This document shows positions 25,669 through 34,464 of a DNA stretch of 34,464 nucleotides, one piece after another. The DNA is from a virus (Duplodnaviria > Caudoviricetes): positions 1 through 34,464 of the IMG/VR virus record IMGVR_UViG_3300005512_003938. One strand, written 5' to 3'. The notes under the pieces were generated by a model. The model worked only from the letters and a program-made list of their open reading frames with translations. It was not told the origin of the DNA and ran no database searches. The position numbers and the translations under genes were made by a program. The stretch's first letter is position 1, and each line of letters begins with the position of its first letter.

Positions 25669-26958
25669 TTAGATACCTAGTCCTAGTCGGAATGGTGAGT
25701 TGGCAGCGTTGGTCTCTACAACATCACCGCCGAAGCGTGACTGCTGATAGGTGAGCTGTTGCCTCACGATGTCGTTGCCTGACACGTCATAAGCGTTGGG
25801 GTCAACGGTGAGCTGTGCAGCAGGTAGCATGATTGCACAGCCGAGCCCGTCACCTTGTGGACCAGTGCCAACGAGGATCTGACGAACGGTGCGATTAAAG
25901 AAATCGTCTTTGATCGTCGTGTTGACGGTCGAGAGGGTGAGGCTGAGCTCAACCACAACGTCACTAATCTCCATGTCACTCATGGCCAAGATGCTATTGC
26001 TGTGGCCCATAGGCGTCAGGGTGTTAGTGAGTGTGAGGCTGAAATCTTCAGCGTCGAGCGCCAAGCGCCCAAGAGTGTCACCTGTGCTCGCGTTGGTGAG
26101 TGAGGTGGGTGAAGTGCTCGACGCCACCACATAAGCGCCACGAAAGAACGCTGGTGCGCCGCTGTTGTACGTCGGCTCAATCGGCCCGACTGCGTTACCG
26201 TGGTCATCTTGGATGAGCGCCGCTTGATAGGTGAGTTCAGCCATCAGACGGCCATTGTCGAGAGTGATATTCATGCTCTCCAACACACAGCCAAAAGCAA
26301 AGCTTCGGAAGTTAACGCCATCGATTCGGAAGCTAAGAGAGTGCTCACGCTCACCTGTGTTGGTGCGCCCTGGGATATACCAAGTCTGAAGCCCTCTCAC
26401 TGAGCTGTAGGAGCTCGCTGAGAAAGCAGGTGAGATGGTGACATCTGATGAAGCGTCTGCGTTGTCAGTGATGGCGCTGTACTCGGCGCGACCACTGAGA
26501 GAAGTAGAGATCAGCGTTCCTACATCGGCCTCAGCAGGTTCTGAGCCTGCGGTGGGTGTATAAGTGTTCGCGTCCACCGCTGTCACGCTGTCAGCCAACA
26601 CTGATGGCACCTTAGTCTTAAGACCAGCGCCGAGGAGATAGCCGAGGTAGTTAGCGGCGTATGTATCGGCAGAGCTGCCAACAGTCGTGAGATCGACTCG
26701 ACACACAACTTGACCAGTGCGACGACGAACACGAGAGCCGCTTGAATAAACAGTGTCTGGCTCAGGGGGTAACATGTAGTTACCGTCACGAGCATCGTTG
26801 CGCTCAGAGACGACAGGCTCACCAGGGATGATGATGGGGTCACGCTCGCAGGGAATCGAGACGTAAGAGAGGGTTTTGTCAGGTAAACCAGTCGAGGGAT
26901 CGATTGATCCAAATGTGGTCTCTACAACCACCGATAGAGAGCGATGTGTTACCGCCAT
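25669..26958 (-). CDS. Major tail tube protein, 429 aa
   Basis: Position, N-terminal ETTFG, FAFGCVLESMNITL motif; no sheath gene seen. Confidence 0.78.
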   Translation of the reverse strand: MAVTHRSLSVVVETTFGSIDPSTGLPDKTLSYVSIPCERDPIIIPGEPVVSERNDARDGNYMLPPEPDTVYSSGSRVRRRTGQVVCRVDLTTVGSSADTYAANYLGYLLGAGLKTKVPSVLADSVTAVDANTYTPTAGSEPAEADVGTLISTSLSGRAEYSAITDNADASSDVTISPAFSASSYSSVRGLQTWYIPGRTNTGEREHSLSFRIDGVNFRSFAFGCVLESMNITLDNGRLMAELTYQAALIQDDHGNAVGPIEPTYNSGAPAFFRGAYVVASSTSPTSLTNASTGDTLGRLALDAEDFSLTLTNTLTPMGHSNSILAMSDMEISDVVVELSLTLSTVNTTIKDDFFNRTVRQILVGTGPQGDGLGCAIMLPAAQLTVDPNAYDVSGNDIVRQQLTYQQSRFGGDVVETNAANSPFRLGLGI

Positions 26959-26959
26959 G

Positions 26960-27418
26960 TTATGCCTCCAAATACAAGAGAGTAAAGGGGATGGTCAGGA
27001 TGTAGACACCCTGCTCACCGAGGTTGAGGGGCTCAGATGATGGGGTCTCAGGTATGACTGAGACGATCCCTGTAGTGTTGAGTGAATAGTTAGGCCCCTT
27101 GAGGGTAACTAGCAGCTGCTCAGCATCCTCAGCCATGAGCCTTGAAAGGTAGGTCACATCATGGGGGATATCATACCTGACTCTGAGGTTGATGAGCGCT
27201 CGACGCCGACCGCTGAGACCTGCAGCGCCATCGTCACTAGGCATCTCGGCCACATCTAGCTGAAAGTAGCGCGTTGAGTTAAAGCGCTCCTCGAGCGGAG
27301 TAACTGAGCCATTAGCTCGAGCGTGAGCCACAAAGCCATGATGCAGATCGCTCTTAGGTGTGGTGGCCTCTAGCTGATCCTCTAGATATGTGAGCGCGCT
27401 GAAGATGCCTTGACTCAT
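26960..27418 (-). CDS. Tail terminator-like protein
   Basis: 152 aa directly upstream of the tail tube; typical size and beta-strand C-end. Confidence 0.6.
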   Translation of the reverse strand: MSQGIFSALTYLEDQLEATTPKSDLHHGFVAHARANGSVTPLEERFNSTRYFQLDVAEMPSDDGAAGLSGRRRALINLRVRYDIPHDVTYLSRLMAEDAEQLLVTLKGPNYSLNTTGIVSVIPETPSSEPLNLGEQGVYILTIPFTLLYLEA

Positions 27419-27918
27419 CTGATCTTGCTCCTAATCTCTAGCTCTATGGCTCTAACTAGTATATCTACATCTCGATCAGACAACCCTAAGAACTCTCTAA
27501 TCTCGTTCACCGCATATCCATATTGAGCTTTATCAGTGAGTCCAATAGTGAAGTGATCAACGCTAGAGCTCAAGACCACTAGATTATTAATCATATTACC
27601 GCTTAAGACTAGATCAACCTCAGCGCTATCCCCCGCGCCACCTCTGCGCCTGCTCTCCTCTTTATACTGACGGTATCCGCCCTCATAAAAGATGCCACTT
27701 CCGTCTCTTGTTGGACGACCGCCCTTAGGAGCGAGACGAGCGCCACGCTTAGCCACATAAAGAGGGTTCGTGGAGTAAGGTTTAAATGATCTATCATCTG
27801 CATCTTTGCCTTTAGAGGTGCGCAACTTAATAGAGGCCAAAGTGTTGGCCGCCAGACCTGCGGAATCTCTAGCGCTCCAAAGCGACTCAGGAAGATCTAA
27901 TTTTACTCGCGCCGCCAT
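27415..27918 (-). CDS. Neck / virion morphogenesis (Mu gpG-like tail completion) protein
   Basis: FKPYS, VDLVLSGNM and REFLGLS motifs typical of this family. Confidence 0.68.
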   Translation of the reverse strand: MAARVKLDLPESLWSARDSAGLAANTLASIKLRTSKGKDADDRSFKPYSTNPLYVAKRGARLAPKGGRPTRDGSGIFYEGGYRQYKEESRRRGGAGDSAEVDLVLSGNMINNLVVLSSSVDHFTIGLTDKAQYGYAVNEIREFLGLSDRDVDILVRAIELEIRSKIR

Positions 27919-28865
27919 CAGTGTTTCATACCTCTTACTGGGGTGAAGAAGCTATCGGCCTCAGTCTTATTGTATGAGCGCCATGATGCTCTGAAGTCGG
28001 TAGAGCTACCACCACTACGCCTGAGGTTCTCCTCACCCTCATCCACTATCCCATCCCCATCTAGGTCTAGGGTGATGGATCTAAGCGCCACGTCGAGGAG
28101 CTCCTTACAGCGCTCTCTCATTTGGGTGGCGGCGTCGAACTGCATATTCATCTCATAGACGCTAGCAGCTGCGCAGTATGCGTGAGCGCTCCTAAAGGAC
28201 TGTTGATTAAATACCTCATCCTCTGTCACGCCATCGGCGATCACATGATCTCTGATGACGAGGATGATCTCATCGAGCGCGGCGCTGATCTGCGGTTCAA
28301 AGTCGGCTTGACGACGTGGCACCATATCAGCCAAGTTGGCGAATCGACCAACGAGCTCATCATGATCTAGACCAGTGTCGAACGGTCGAGGGGTGACCTT
28401 CAACAGGCCAGTCTCAACATGCTGACCACCTACGTTATCCTCATACGAGATCGTATAAGGGAACACGCCAGCGGTCGCAGTCTTAACGGCGCTGATGTCT
28501 ACATAGCTCATCGAGAAGTTGAGCGTCGCCGCCGCTGTGAGGTCAAGCTCTCTAGGTAGAGGTTCAGCTAGGACTGCTGTAGTGCCACCGATCCGCGAGA
28601 CCTTGACAGCGTAATAAGTATCACGCGTGGTCTTCAGGAACGCCTTGACCTCATCTCGCTGTAGCTGGGTCGCAACGCTCGCGCTTAGAGTGAGTGTGCG
28701 CCGATCATTGGCCACAGCTGTCACAGTCACATCAGCTCTAGACTGAGTGAATAGCTCATCAGTGAGAGGAGCGCTAAAGCCTACGGTTAAAGTAGGTGAG
28801 CCTGAGTATGGCTGCGGAGGGTCCCACACAAAGTGATGGACTTGGCCCTTGACTGCTTTTCTCAT
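27918..28865 (-). CDS. Head-tail adaptor-like protein with N-terminal beta extension, 315 aa
   Basis: Position; helical C-half with DLDGDGIVD (DxDxDG) motif. Confidence 0.55.
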   Translation of the reverse strand: MRKAVKGQVHHFVWDPPQPYSGSPTLTVGFSAPLTDELFTQSRADVTVTAVANDRRTLTLSASVATQLQRDEVKAFLKTTRDTYYAVKVSRIGGTTAVLAEPLPRELDLTAAATLNFSMSYVDISAVKTATAGVFPYTISYEDNVGGQHVETGLLKVTPRPFDTGLDHDELVGRFANLADMVPRRQADFEPQISAALDEIILVIRDHVIADGVTEDEVFNQQSFRSAHAYCAAASVYEMNMQFDAATQMRERCKELLDVALRSITLDLDGDGIVDEGEENLRRSGGSSTDFRASWRSYNKTEADSFFTPVRGMKH

Positions 28866-29758
28866 CCCTTGGCTCCTCTGTTAGCTTTGCTGATGTCGCT
28901 TGCCTTGGCTGGCGTTAAACCTGCCGCCTCTATGAAGCTCTCAGTAACTGGGCTCCAGCTATGTCGGCAGTTATACCCACCACAAGCAATCTTCACAGGC
29001 TTCCCCTGGTTGTTGTCTAGCTTGCTCATCTGCTTCTCATCGACCACGAGGTTGATCAGCGCTCGGCAAAAGGGTCTAGTGATCCCATCCTTAGGGCCTG
29101 TGTAAAGGTAGTGATCAAGGCCAGCGTCTGCAGCTGCTACAGCTGTGATTGATCGGCCATATTCAGAGATCTGTGTTTTAATCTCGGTGAGTTGCCGACC
29201 CTCAGCGCGCTCAAGCTGAGTCTCTAGGTCGCTCTTAATGATCTCGGCAGGTATCGCCAAAGTCATAGATCTTAGTGAAGACCTGATAGCCTTCTGAAAG
29301 TCAGGAACGATCACGCTCTCAAATACGTCTGAGGCGGCCTGAGCTTGGATCAGATCTAGTTGAGGCATTGCCTGAGGTGAGAAGTCTACGCCGACCACCT
29401 CAAACGATTTCTCAATCGTAGATCTAATACGAGATGAATGCTCAACGAAGTCGGCGACCGCTAAACCTAAGCCACCCCTAAGGATGAAGTTCAACAGTTG
29501 ATCATCGTCGAAGCTTAAGAGCAGTTGAGGATCATCAGTGACAGAAGCCATCGTGATGAGCGTCATCAGCTCTTTACGCGCCTTCCTCAGAGCGATGCCG
29601 AAGCTACGCTCAGCCTCGACCTCTGCTCTGAGTTGGTCGCGTCGTGCTCTGATGAGTGAGGCCACTGGACCGCGCTCCCCTTTGACCTGCCTAGACAGAT
29701 CATCGATGGCGAGCTTATCGGCATCTTCGGAGAGATGGATGTGGCCTGACTCAATCAT
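28862..29758 (-). CDS. Head morphogenesis / minor capsid protein (Mu gpF / SPP1 gp7-like)
   Basis: YLYTGPKDGITRPFC...CGGYNCRHSW motif. Confidence 0.78.
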   Translation of the reverse strand: MIESGHIHLSEDADKLAIDDLSRQVKGERGPVASLIRARRDQLRAEVEAERSFGIALRKARKELMTLITMASVTDDPQLLLSFDDDQLLNFILRGGLGLAVADFVEHSSRIRSTIEKSFEVVGVDFSPQAMPQLDLIQAQAASDVFESVIVPDFQKAIRSSLRSMTLAIPAEIIKSDLETQLERAEGRQLTEIKTQISEYGRSITAVAAADAGLDHYLYTGPKDGITRPFCRALINLVVDEKQMSKLDNNQGKPVKIACGGYNCRHSWSPVTESFIEAAGLTPAKASDISKANRGAKG

Positions 29759-29769
29759 TCAGCTCACTC

Positions 29770-30771
29770 TTAGGTCAAGCAGTCAGTGATGACGTAGCCG
29801 AGTGACGCGTCGATGAGCTTGAAGTTATGAACCTCCTCGGCGTAGACATAACGCCTAGTCTTGTCGAGGCTGTCATATTGGCCAGCGATCATACCACCGA
29901 ACTCAAGATTGAGGGCTGCTGTAGGCATCCCCTTAACATTGCCGCTCTTTTGGACGATAGCGTCTGAACCGCGAAGAATACCCATAAAGATGCTCTCACC
30001 GTCCCAGATGTAGCCCTCGCTAGATGTCGCGCCAGGTACTGCGGTATCTTGACGAGCTGCGCCCACATGAATGTTAGGGATGCCAAGCACGTCACGAAGG
30101 ACCGCGACTACTGCCTCATCGTTAAGGATTCGGTTGCCTGCAGCGATGCCCTGACCACTGTTGCCGACATAGCCACGAATCTCAGGATTACGAGCGAGCG
30201 CTCGGAACACGTCACGACCTAAGATCAGGGTGTCTGGGTTGATCCCATGGGCGTTACTGTAGACAGTATCCTTGGTCTCATGGAGGTAGGTGAGAGGCTC
30301 AGCACCGGTCGCGTCAAACTTAGTCCCAGGGGTGGCAGTGTAGCTCGCGAAGTTGGTTGTAGCGTCAAAGAGCAGATCTGCGGCGCGCTTCTCCTTAGCG
30401 AGCTTCATCACGCGACTCACCTTCTTTGCGACTCTAGCCTCTTCGCTCCCTGGATACTGAGAGTCGAAGATGTCCTCCATGGCGATGGAATCCTGCGCCG
30501 CGTAGATGAGAGCCTTGAAGGTTTGGCTTGAACGGTCGAAGCCGCCGATAGAAGCGCGTGAGCTCCCTGGAGCGCGCTCAAGGTCGAGACCTGCGCCAGC
30601 GCCCATGAAGTTACGAGTCTCCTCGAGGAGGATCGTGCCTGAGCGCTCAGGAACCTTGATGCTCTCAAAGACCTGATCAGCGATGAGTTGGTTATCAGAT
30701 GGGACCGCCTCGACGACGAGGTTAGTTAGGATCTGATCGACTGGATGCAAATTACTGTATGAACTAGCCAT
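29770..30771 (-). CDS. Major capsid protein (lambda gpE-like HK97 fold)
   Basis: 333 aa after scaffold and cement; VDQILTNL, IADQVF, EKRAADL, NPDTLILG..VFRAL..NP motifs. Confidence 0.88.
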   Translation of the reverse strand: MASSYSNLHPVDQILTNLVVEAVPSDNQLIADQVFESIKVPERSGTILLEETRNFMGAGAGLDLERAPGSSRASIGGFDRSSQTFKALIYAAQDSIAMEDIFDSQYPGSEEARVAKKVSRVMKLAKEKRAADLLFDATTNFASYTATPGTKFDATGAEPLTYLHETKDTVYSNAHGINPDTLILGRDVFRALARNPEIRGYVGNSGQGIAAGNRILNDEAVVAVLRDVLGIPNIHVGAARQDTAVPGATSSEGYIWDGESIFMGILRGSDAIVQKSGNVKGMPTAALNLEFGGMIAGQYDSLDKTRRYVYAEEVHNFKLIDASLGYVITDCLT

Positions 30772-30784
30772 GTTTAACTACTCC

Positions 30785-31174
30785 TTAAGCCTCGTAGTTG
30801 CTCGGACCTGTAAACACGACCTTGATCTGATCGCCATCTGCAGGAGAGTGATGGTTGATGTTAGGCAGGATGCGAGCGATGCTGAAGTTGCCAGACCCCT
30901 TAACGAGAGGGATGAGGTTACCGTTAGCCTCTGCCATGAGAAGAGATGTAGTCTCAGGAGCGATGGCAGCGCCAGCGATAGCGCGTGAGATGCCACCAAC
31001 GGCCACATCTACTGCGTCACCTGCTGAGCAAGCGCGCTGAGCGATGCCAACGCAAGCCTCATCAGTTGAAGCGTCGGTGATGACGATCTTGCCAGCGCTA
31101 TCAACAGAGACAGCAGCAAACTCTGTGATGGCCTCAGCCGCCACGAACGATACGAAGTTATCAGTATTAGCCAT
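30785..31174 (-). CDS. Capsid cement/decoration protein (DUF2190-like)
   Basis: AAEAITEF, VGIAQ...AGDAVDVAVGGI...AGAAI...ADGDQIKV pattern; between scaffold and MCP. Confidence 0.75.
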   Translation of the reverse strand: MANTDNFVSFVAAEAITEFAAVSVDSAGKIVITDASTDEACVGIAQRACSAGDAVDVAVGGISRAIAGAAIAPETTSLLMAEANGNLIPLVKGSGNFSIARILPNINHHSPADGDQIKVVFTGPSNYEA

Positions 31175-31176
31175 GA

Positions 31177-33135
31177 TTAAACTCCAAAGGCCTTGGTGTA
31201 GTAGTCTGGGTTCTCAGCGCGGAACATGTCGAGCGCCTCGCTATAGGTCACGCTCTTCTCTTTCTTAAGAGCGAGCACTGCATCATTGAGGCTTTGGCGG
31301 CTGATCTCCTCACCGCTCGCGCCGTGTCCGACCTCCTGAAGAGGTACAGCTGAAGAGGTGGCACGCTCAGAGAACATCTGCCAAAACTCAGGCTGAGCGT
31401 CTCGGAGATCCCAAGCCTTGCCTGCGACAGTCTGCTCAGCAGGGCTGATCTTGCCCTCATTGAGAAGGTTGCTCACTGCTTGGTCACGCTTGATAGCGTC
31501 ACGCTCAGCGGTGAGCTCTGCGAGTGACTCGCGAAGTAGAGCGACCTCAGAGAGGAGGTTAACGTCAGCCTCGACGCTCTCACTCATCTTCTGATAGCCC
31601 ATCTTCTTCTCTTTGTCTTCGTCCTCAGCCTTCATCTCAGCCTTGTCGTCTTCTGACTTCTCGGCCATCTCAGCCTTGTCGTCATCAGACTTCTCAGCTG
31701 TGATGTTAGCCTCAGCGTCTTCTTTCATTTCTTTGATGCGAGCTTCGAGCTCCTTGACCATCTCATCCTTGGCGGCGAGCATGGCGCGGAGCTCCTCAAC
31801 TGACATAGAATCGAGATTATCCATCTCTTCTAGCCTTTCGTTTAGGGTTACTCGGTCGATCTTGTCGTGAGACTGCGCCGGCCGAGGAGTAAGGGTGATC
31901 GCGAGGAGTTGAGCCGATCCGATCTGCTCGCCTCCGCTACGGTCGAATACATCACCAGTGATGAACTCAGGACTAGACCACAGCACCCCACCCGCCTCAG
32001 AGACGACCTTAAGGCCGCGCTCGTTGTAGGCAGGTACAGCGTAGAGGCCATCCTCTCTGAGCTCTAGATCAACGATGAGCCCTAGTGCATTGCCACTCTC
32101 AGGAGGTGCAGGGGGGCCACCGTTAAAAGGTGAGGTTGCATGTTGCCAGTCAATGATCACTGGATCTGCTGACTTGCGCTCTGAGTAGACGCGCATCATC
32201 TCACGCAGCATGTCTACATCTATCTCTTTACCAATAGCCTCACCGCTCATACGCGAGGAGACTTGACCAAGAGAGAGCGTCTTAAATGGTCGACCGATGG
32301 TGAGCCCATCAGGTACATCATAGCTGGGAGCCTCTGAGAGCTGGATAGCTTCACCATAGGCCCTGAGTGATTGAGCTTTATTATCTGCTGAGTCCATCTG
32401 TCGAACTACCTTTCTAGCCCAAGCGTAACCTGCATCACCGCCCCAGCCATGCCACGCCTGCCAGCCCTTGCCCTGAGTGTTCCACGTGGAACCTTCTTTA
32501 TCGACCTCATGGCGGGTGAAGTAGGCGAGCATCCTTTTGACGGTATCGGGTGAGAGCTGCTTACCTGCTTTGAGGTCACGAGCTCTAGCGATCCCCACAG
32601 CAGTCATCCCGCGCTGACTCTCTGGCTTATCAGCCCTAACCTCAAGCGCTCGCTCAGCCGCGTCTCTGACGCCCTGAGGTGGGGTGAAGTCAATGTGACT
32701 ATACTTATCAGGGATGTTAAGGAGCTCGGCCTTGGCCTCTGCCTCTCGTCGTTGGGGGTGACCTTTAGGCAATAAGTCTAGATCGCTCGTGTAAGCCTTC
32801 TTGCGCTGACCTGTAGCGACCAACTTTAGGAAGGTTTTGACGCGAGCAAGCGCCCAACCATTCCGAGTCATCCCCGGTCGATGGCTAACACTGAAAGCAC
32901 CCGCGCCACGTCTAAACACAGCTTTGAGGGTGCCGAGGTCAACACGTCGTGAGGCCTTGGTGAATCTAGCGTTATGGGTGTCGCGCATGTTCTCAAGAGC
33001 TTTGGTGGCTTGCTCGCCGATCTCGATACCACCACGAGCGCCACTAGCTGAGCCCTTGGGATTCGTGGCGCTACCTTTGCGCCTATCCTTTGGGGGTGCT
33101 GGCGTCTGTGCTTTGGTGCGCTTACGCTTTACCAT
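31177..33135 (-). CDS. Mu-like prohead protease/scaffold fused to two N-terminal accessory domains (652 aa)
   Basis: Probable start MVKRKR at 33135 (GGAGG SD, overlaps portal end). PVIIDWQHAT...DGLYA...WSSPEF...ITLTPRP protease motifs; acidic coiled-coil scaffold. Confidence 0.82.
   Translation of the reverse strand: MVKRKRTKAQTPAPPKDRRKGSATNPKGSASGARGGIEIGEQATKALENMRDTHNARFTKASRRVDLGTLKAVFRRGAGAFSVSHRPGMTRNGWALARVKTFLKLVATGQRKKAYTSDLDLLPKGHPQRREAEAKAELLNIPDKYSHIDFTPPQGVRDAAERALEVRADKPESQRGMTAVGIARARDLKAGKQLSPDTVKRMLAYFTRHEVDKEGSTWNTQGKGWQAWHGWGGDAGYAWARKVVRQMDSADNKAQSLRAYGEAIQLSEAPSYDVPDGLTIGRPFKTLSLGQVSSRMSGEAIGKEIDVDMLREMMRVYSERKSADPVIIDWQHATSPFNGGPPAPPESGNALGLIVDLELREDGLYAVPAYNERGLKVVSEAGGVLWSSPEFITGDVFDRSGGEQIGSAQLLAITLTPRPAQSHDKIDRVTLNERLEEMDNLDSMSVEELRAMLAAKDEMVKELEARIKEMKEDAEANITAEKSDDDKAEMAEKSEDDKAEMKAEDEDKEKKMGYQKMSESVEADVNLLSEVALLRESLAELTAERDAIKRDQAVSNLLNEGKISPAEQTVAGKAWDLRDAQPEFWQMFSERATSSAVPLQEVGHGASGEEISRQSLNDAVLALKKEKSVTYSEALDMFRAENPDYYTKAFGV
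31633..31698. repeat. 33-bp tandem duplication in the scaffold region
   Basis: Encodes AEKSDDDKAEM/AEKSEDDKAEM. Confidence 0.8.
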
Positions 33136-34464
33136 CTCGACGCCTCCTGATGAGCTGCTCAGTGAGAGCTGATACACCACCACCCGCACCGACTGAGGAG
33201 ATTCTAGAGAGCGGTGAGCGCTCGGCGTCCTCAGGTAGATCACCCGCGCCAAGTCGATCTCTGATAGCTCGCTCTAGCTCATCATCAGGAGTAATAAGGC
33301 CTGCTTGTACCAGACCAGGGAGAGCGCCGAGTGACTCAGCGAGCTCATCAGTATCAAGCCCTGAGTGAGTCAGCTTGGGTAACTTCGATGGATCGACTGA
33401 TCCATAGTTCCAACGGATCAAGCGTCCGATGGTTCCAGCTCCTCGACGGTCAACACCACTTACAGCCGAGGCGATCACATCACATAGATTGATAGCCGCG
33501 CGCCTAAATACCATATGATGTATCTCACCAACAGATCGAGCGCCCGTCTCAGTGTTGCCGAGGTCGGCGAACTGCGAGAGGAAGGCAGCGGCTATCTGTG
33601 AATCGCACTTAGTGATGATGTTGATGGGTCCATCTGCGTAGACGTTGGGTGTGGCCACATACGTCTCAAACTTAACAGCAGGATTCTCAACGAGGTAGCT
33701 CTGTTCTGCCGAGACGAACGCCTGAGCCTGAGCCTCTGCGTCGTTGATCATGGCGTCAATGTCACCATCACTCAGGCCGATACTCTCAGCGCTCGCGCGG
33801 TCAACCACCACTTTAGGAGTAGGCACCGCCCAACGGTCGAGACCAACACACATGAGATTAGACACCCTCTGCTTAGTGCGCCACCACCACCAAACAGGCC
33901 GAAGCATCCCCACGCCCTCGAAGTTGCTACCTGTCTTATTGAGGGTGAGCAAGAGGAGCTTATTGGCAGGTATCGGCTCAGGGGTGTAGGTGATCCCCAC
34001 TGTGTTCTGGATCACACCGTCGAGCTGCTGAGCGTCTCGGCTCAACCACTTCTGATGAGCGCTTGGCTCTCGGTCGGCGTAATGACTGAGCCAGACTCTG
34101 ACGTTACCCTCTGAGTCAGGGCATACCTTATAGATCTCTTCGGCGTATCTGTAGCCGAGCGGGACGAACTCAAAGAGGTAGGCTAGTTGATCTTCCCAAG
34201 ATATAGACATCTGGCCGGCATAGCCATCGAAGCCCCAACACTCATTTGCAAAGCGCGCGAGCTCCTCAGCTACTGGATCATTCTCAATCCCTGACACGAA
34301 GCGCCAAGAGGCAGAAAGCAGGGTCTGCCTGAGCATGTGCCACGAGCGTCTGACGATGGGGTCAGTTCTGAGCATCTCCTCAGCCTCTTGAACCCAGTTG
34401 AGTCCAGTGAGTTGAGCGTTCTGCTCTTTGCCGGTGATTGTGCCACCGCTGATCTGAGTGCCAG
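33122..34464 (-). CDS. Portal protein (DUF935 / Mu gp29-like), 5'-truncated by the window edge
   Basis: Frame stays open upstream of 34375 (GTQISGGTITGKEQNAQLTGLNWVQEAEEM). EMLRTDP, GYRYAEEIY, NFEGVGMLR, GARSVGEIH, LIRWNYG motifs. Confidence 0.9.
   Translation of the reverse strand, partial: GTQISGGTITGKEQNAQLTGLNWVQEAEEMLRTDPIVRRSWHMLRQTLLSASWRFVSGIENDPVAEELARFANECWGFDGYAGQMSISWEDQLAYLFEFVPLGYRYAEEIYKVCPDSEGNVRVWLSHYADREPSAHQKWLSRDAQQLDGVIQNTVGITYTPEPIPANKLLLLTLNKTGSNFEGVGMLRPVWWWWRTKQRVSNLMCVGLDRWAVPTPKVVVDRASAESIGLSDGDIDAMINDAEAQAQAFVSAEQSYLVENPAVKFETYVATPNVYADGPINIITKCDSQIAAAFLSQFADLGNTETGARSVGEIHHMVFRRAAINLCDVIASAVSGVDRRGAGTIGRLIRWNYGSVDPSKLPKLTHSGLDTDELAESLGALPGLVQAGLITPDDELERAIRDRLGAGDLPEDAERSPLSRISSVGAGGGVSALTEQLIRRRRDGKA

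Noticed and set aside
33136-33252. Annotated N-terminal 39 aa of the protease ORF (also the extensions 15886-15975 and 4679-4750)
   Set aside because: The 33136-33252 and 15886-15975 extensions overlap upstream genes, and 4679-4750 runs into the structured leader. Downstream ATGs at 33135, 15885 and 4678 have better SD or coupling.
9753-33989. Numerous short plus-strand ORFs across the structural operon
   Set aside because: Antisense shadows of tightly coupled minus-strand genes, with no motifs or expression signals seen.

Overview
The window is almost entirely one tailed-phage (siphovirus-type) genome segment, probably most of a genome of roughly 35 kb or more. Both ends cut through minus-strand genes. 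Read right to left on the minus strand, the structural arm runs: a 5'-truncated DUF935/Mu gp29-type portal, a multi-domain Mu-like protease/scaffold, cement, major capsid, head/neck genes, tail tube, a tail chaperone pair with a -1 frameshift, tape measure, tail tip genes, a CHAP-type endolysin and holin, a modular tail fibre with two paralogous accessory proteins, and spanin-like membrane genes. A short plus-strand operon (Cro-like HTH, small ORFs, RecT-like annealase) diverges from a lambda O-like initiator with 8 palindromic iterons and a DnaC-like loader. These are followed by a highly structured ~300-bp intergenic region, an RHH regulator, SSB, TerS and TerL. The most unusual element is a tightly coupled cassette downstream of terL. 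It encodes a basic 78-aa protein, a ThyX-fold protein whose RHR-x7-SxR motif is replaced largely by acidic residues, an acidic Cys-rich 51-aa peptide, and a class III nucleotidyl cyclase with a predicted C-terminal membrane helix. The last two are missing from the supplied ORF track. No integrase, reverse transcriptase, CRISPR array, tRNA or rRNA was seen. All family assignments come from reading motifs by eye, not from database searches.
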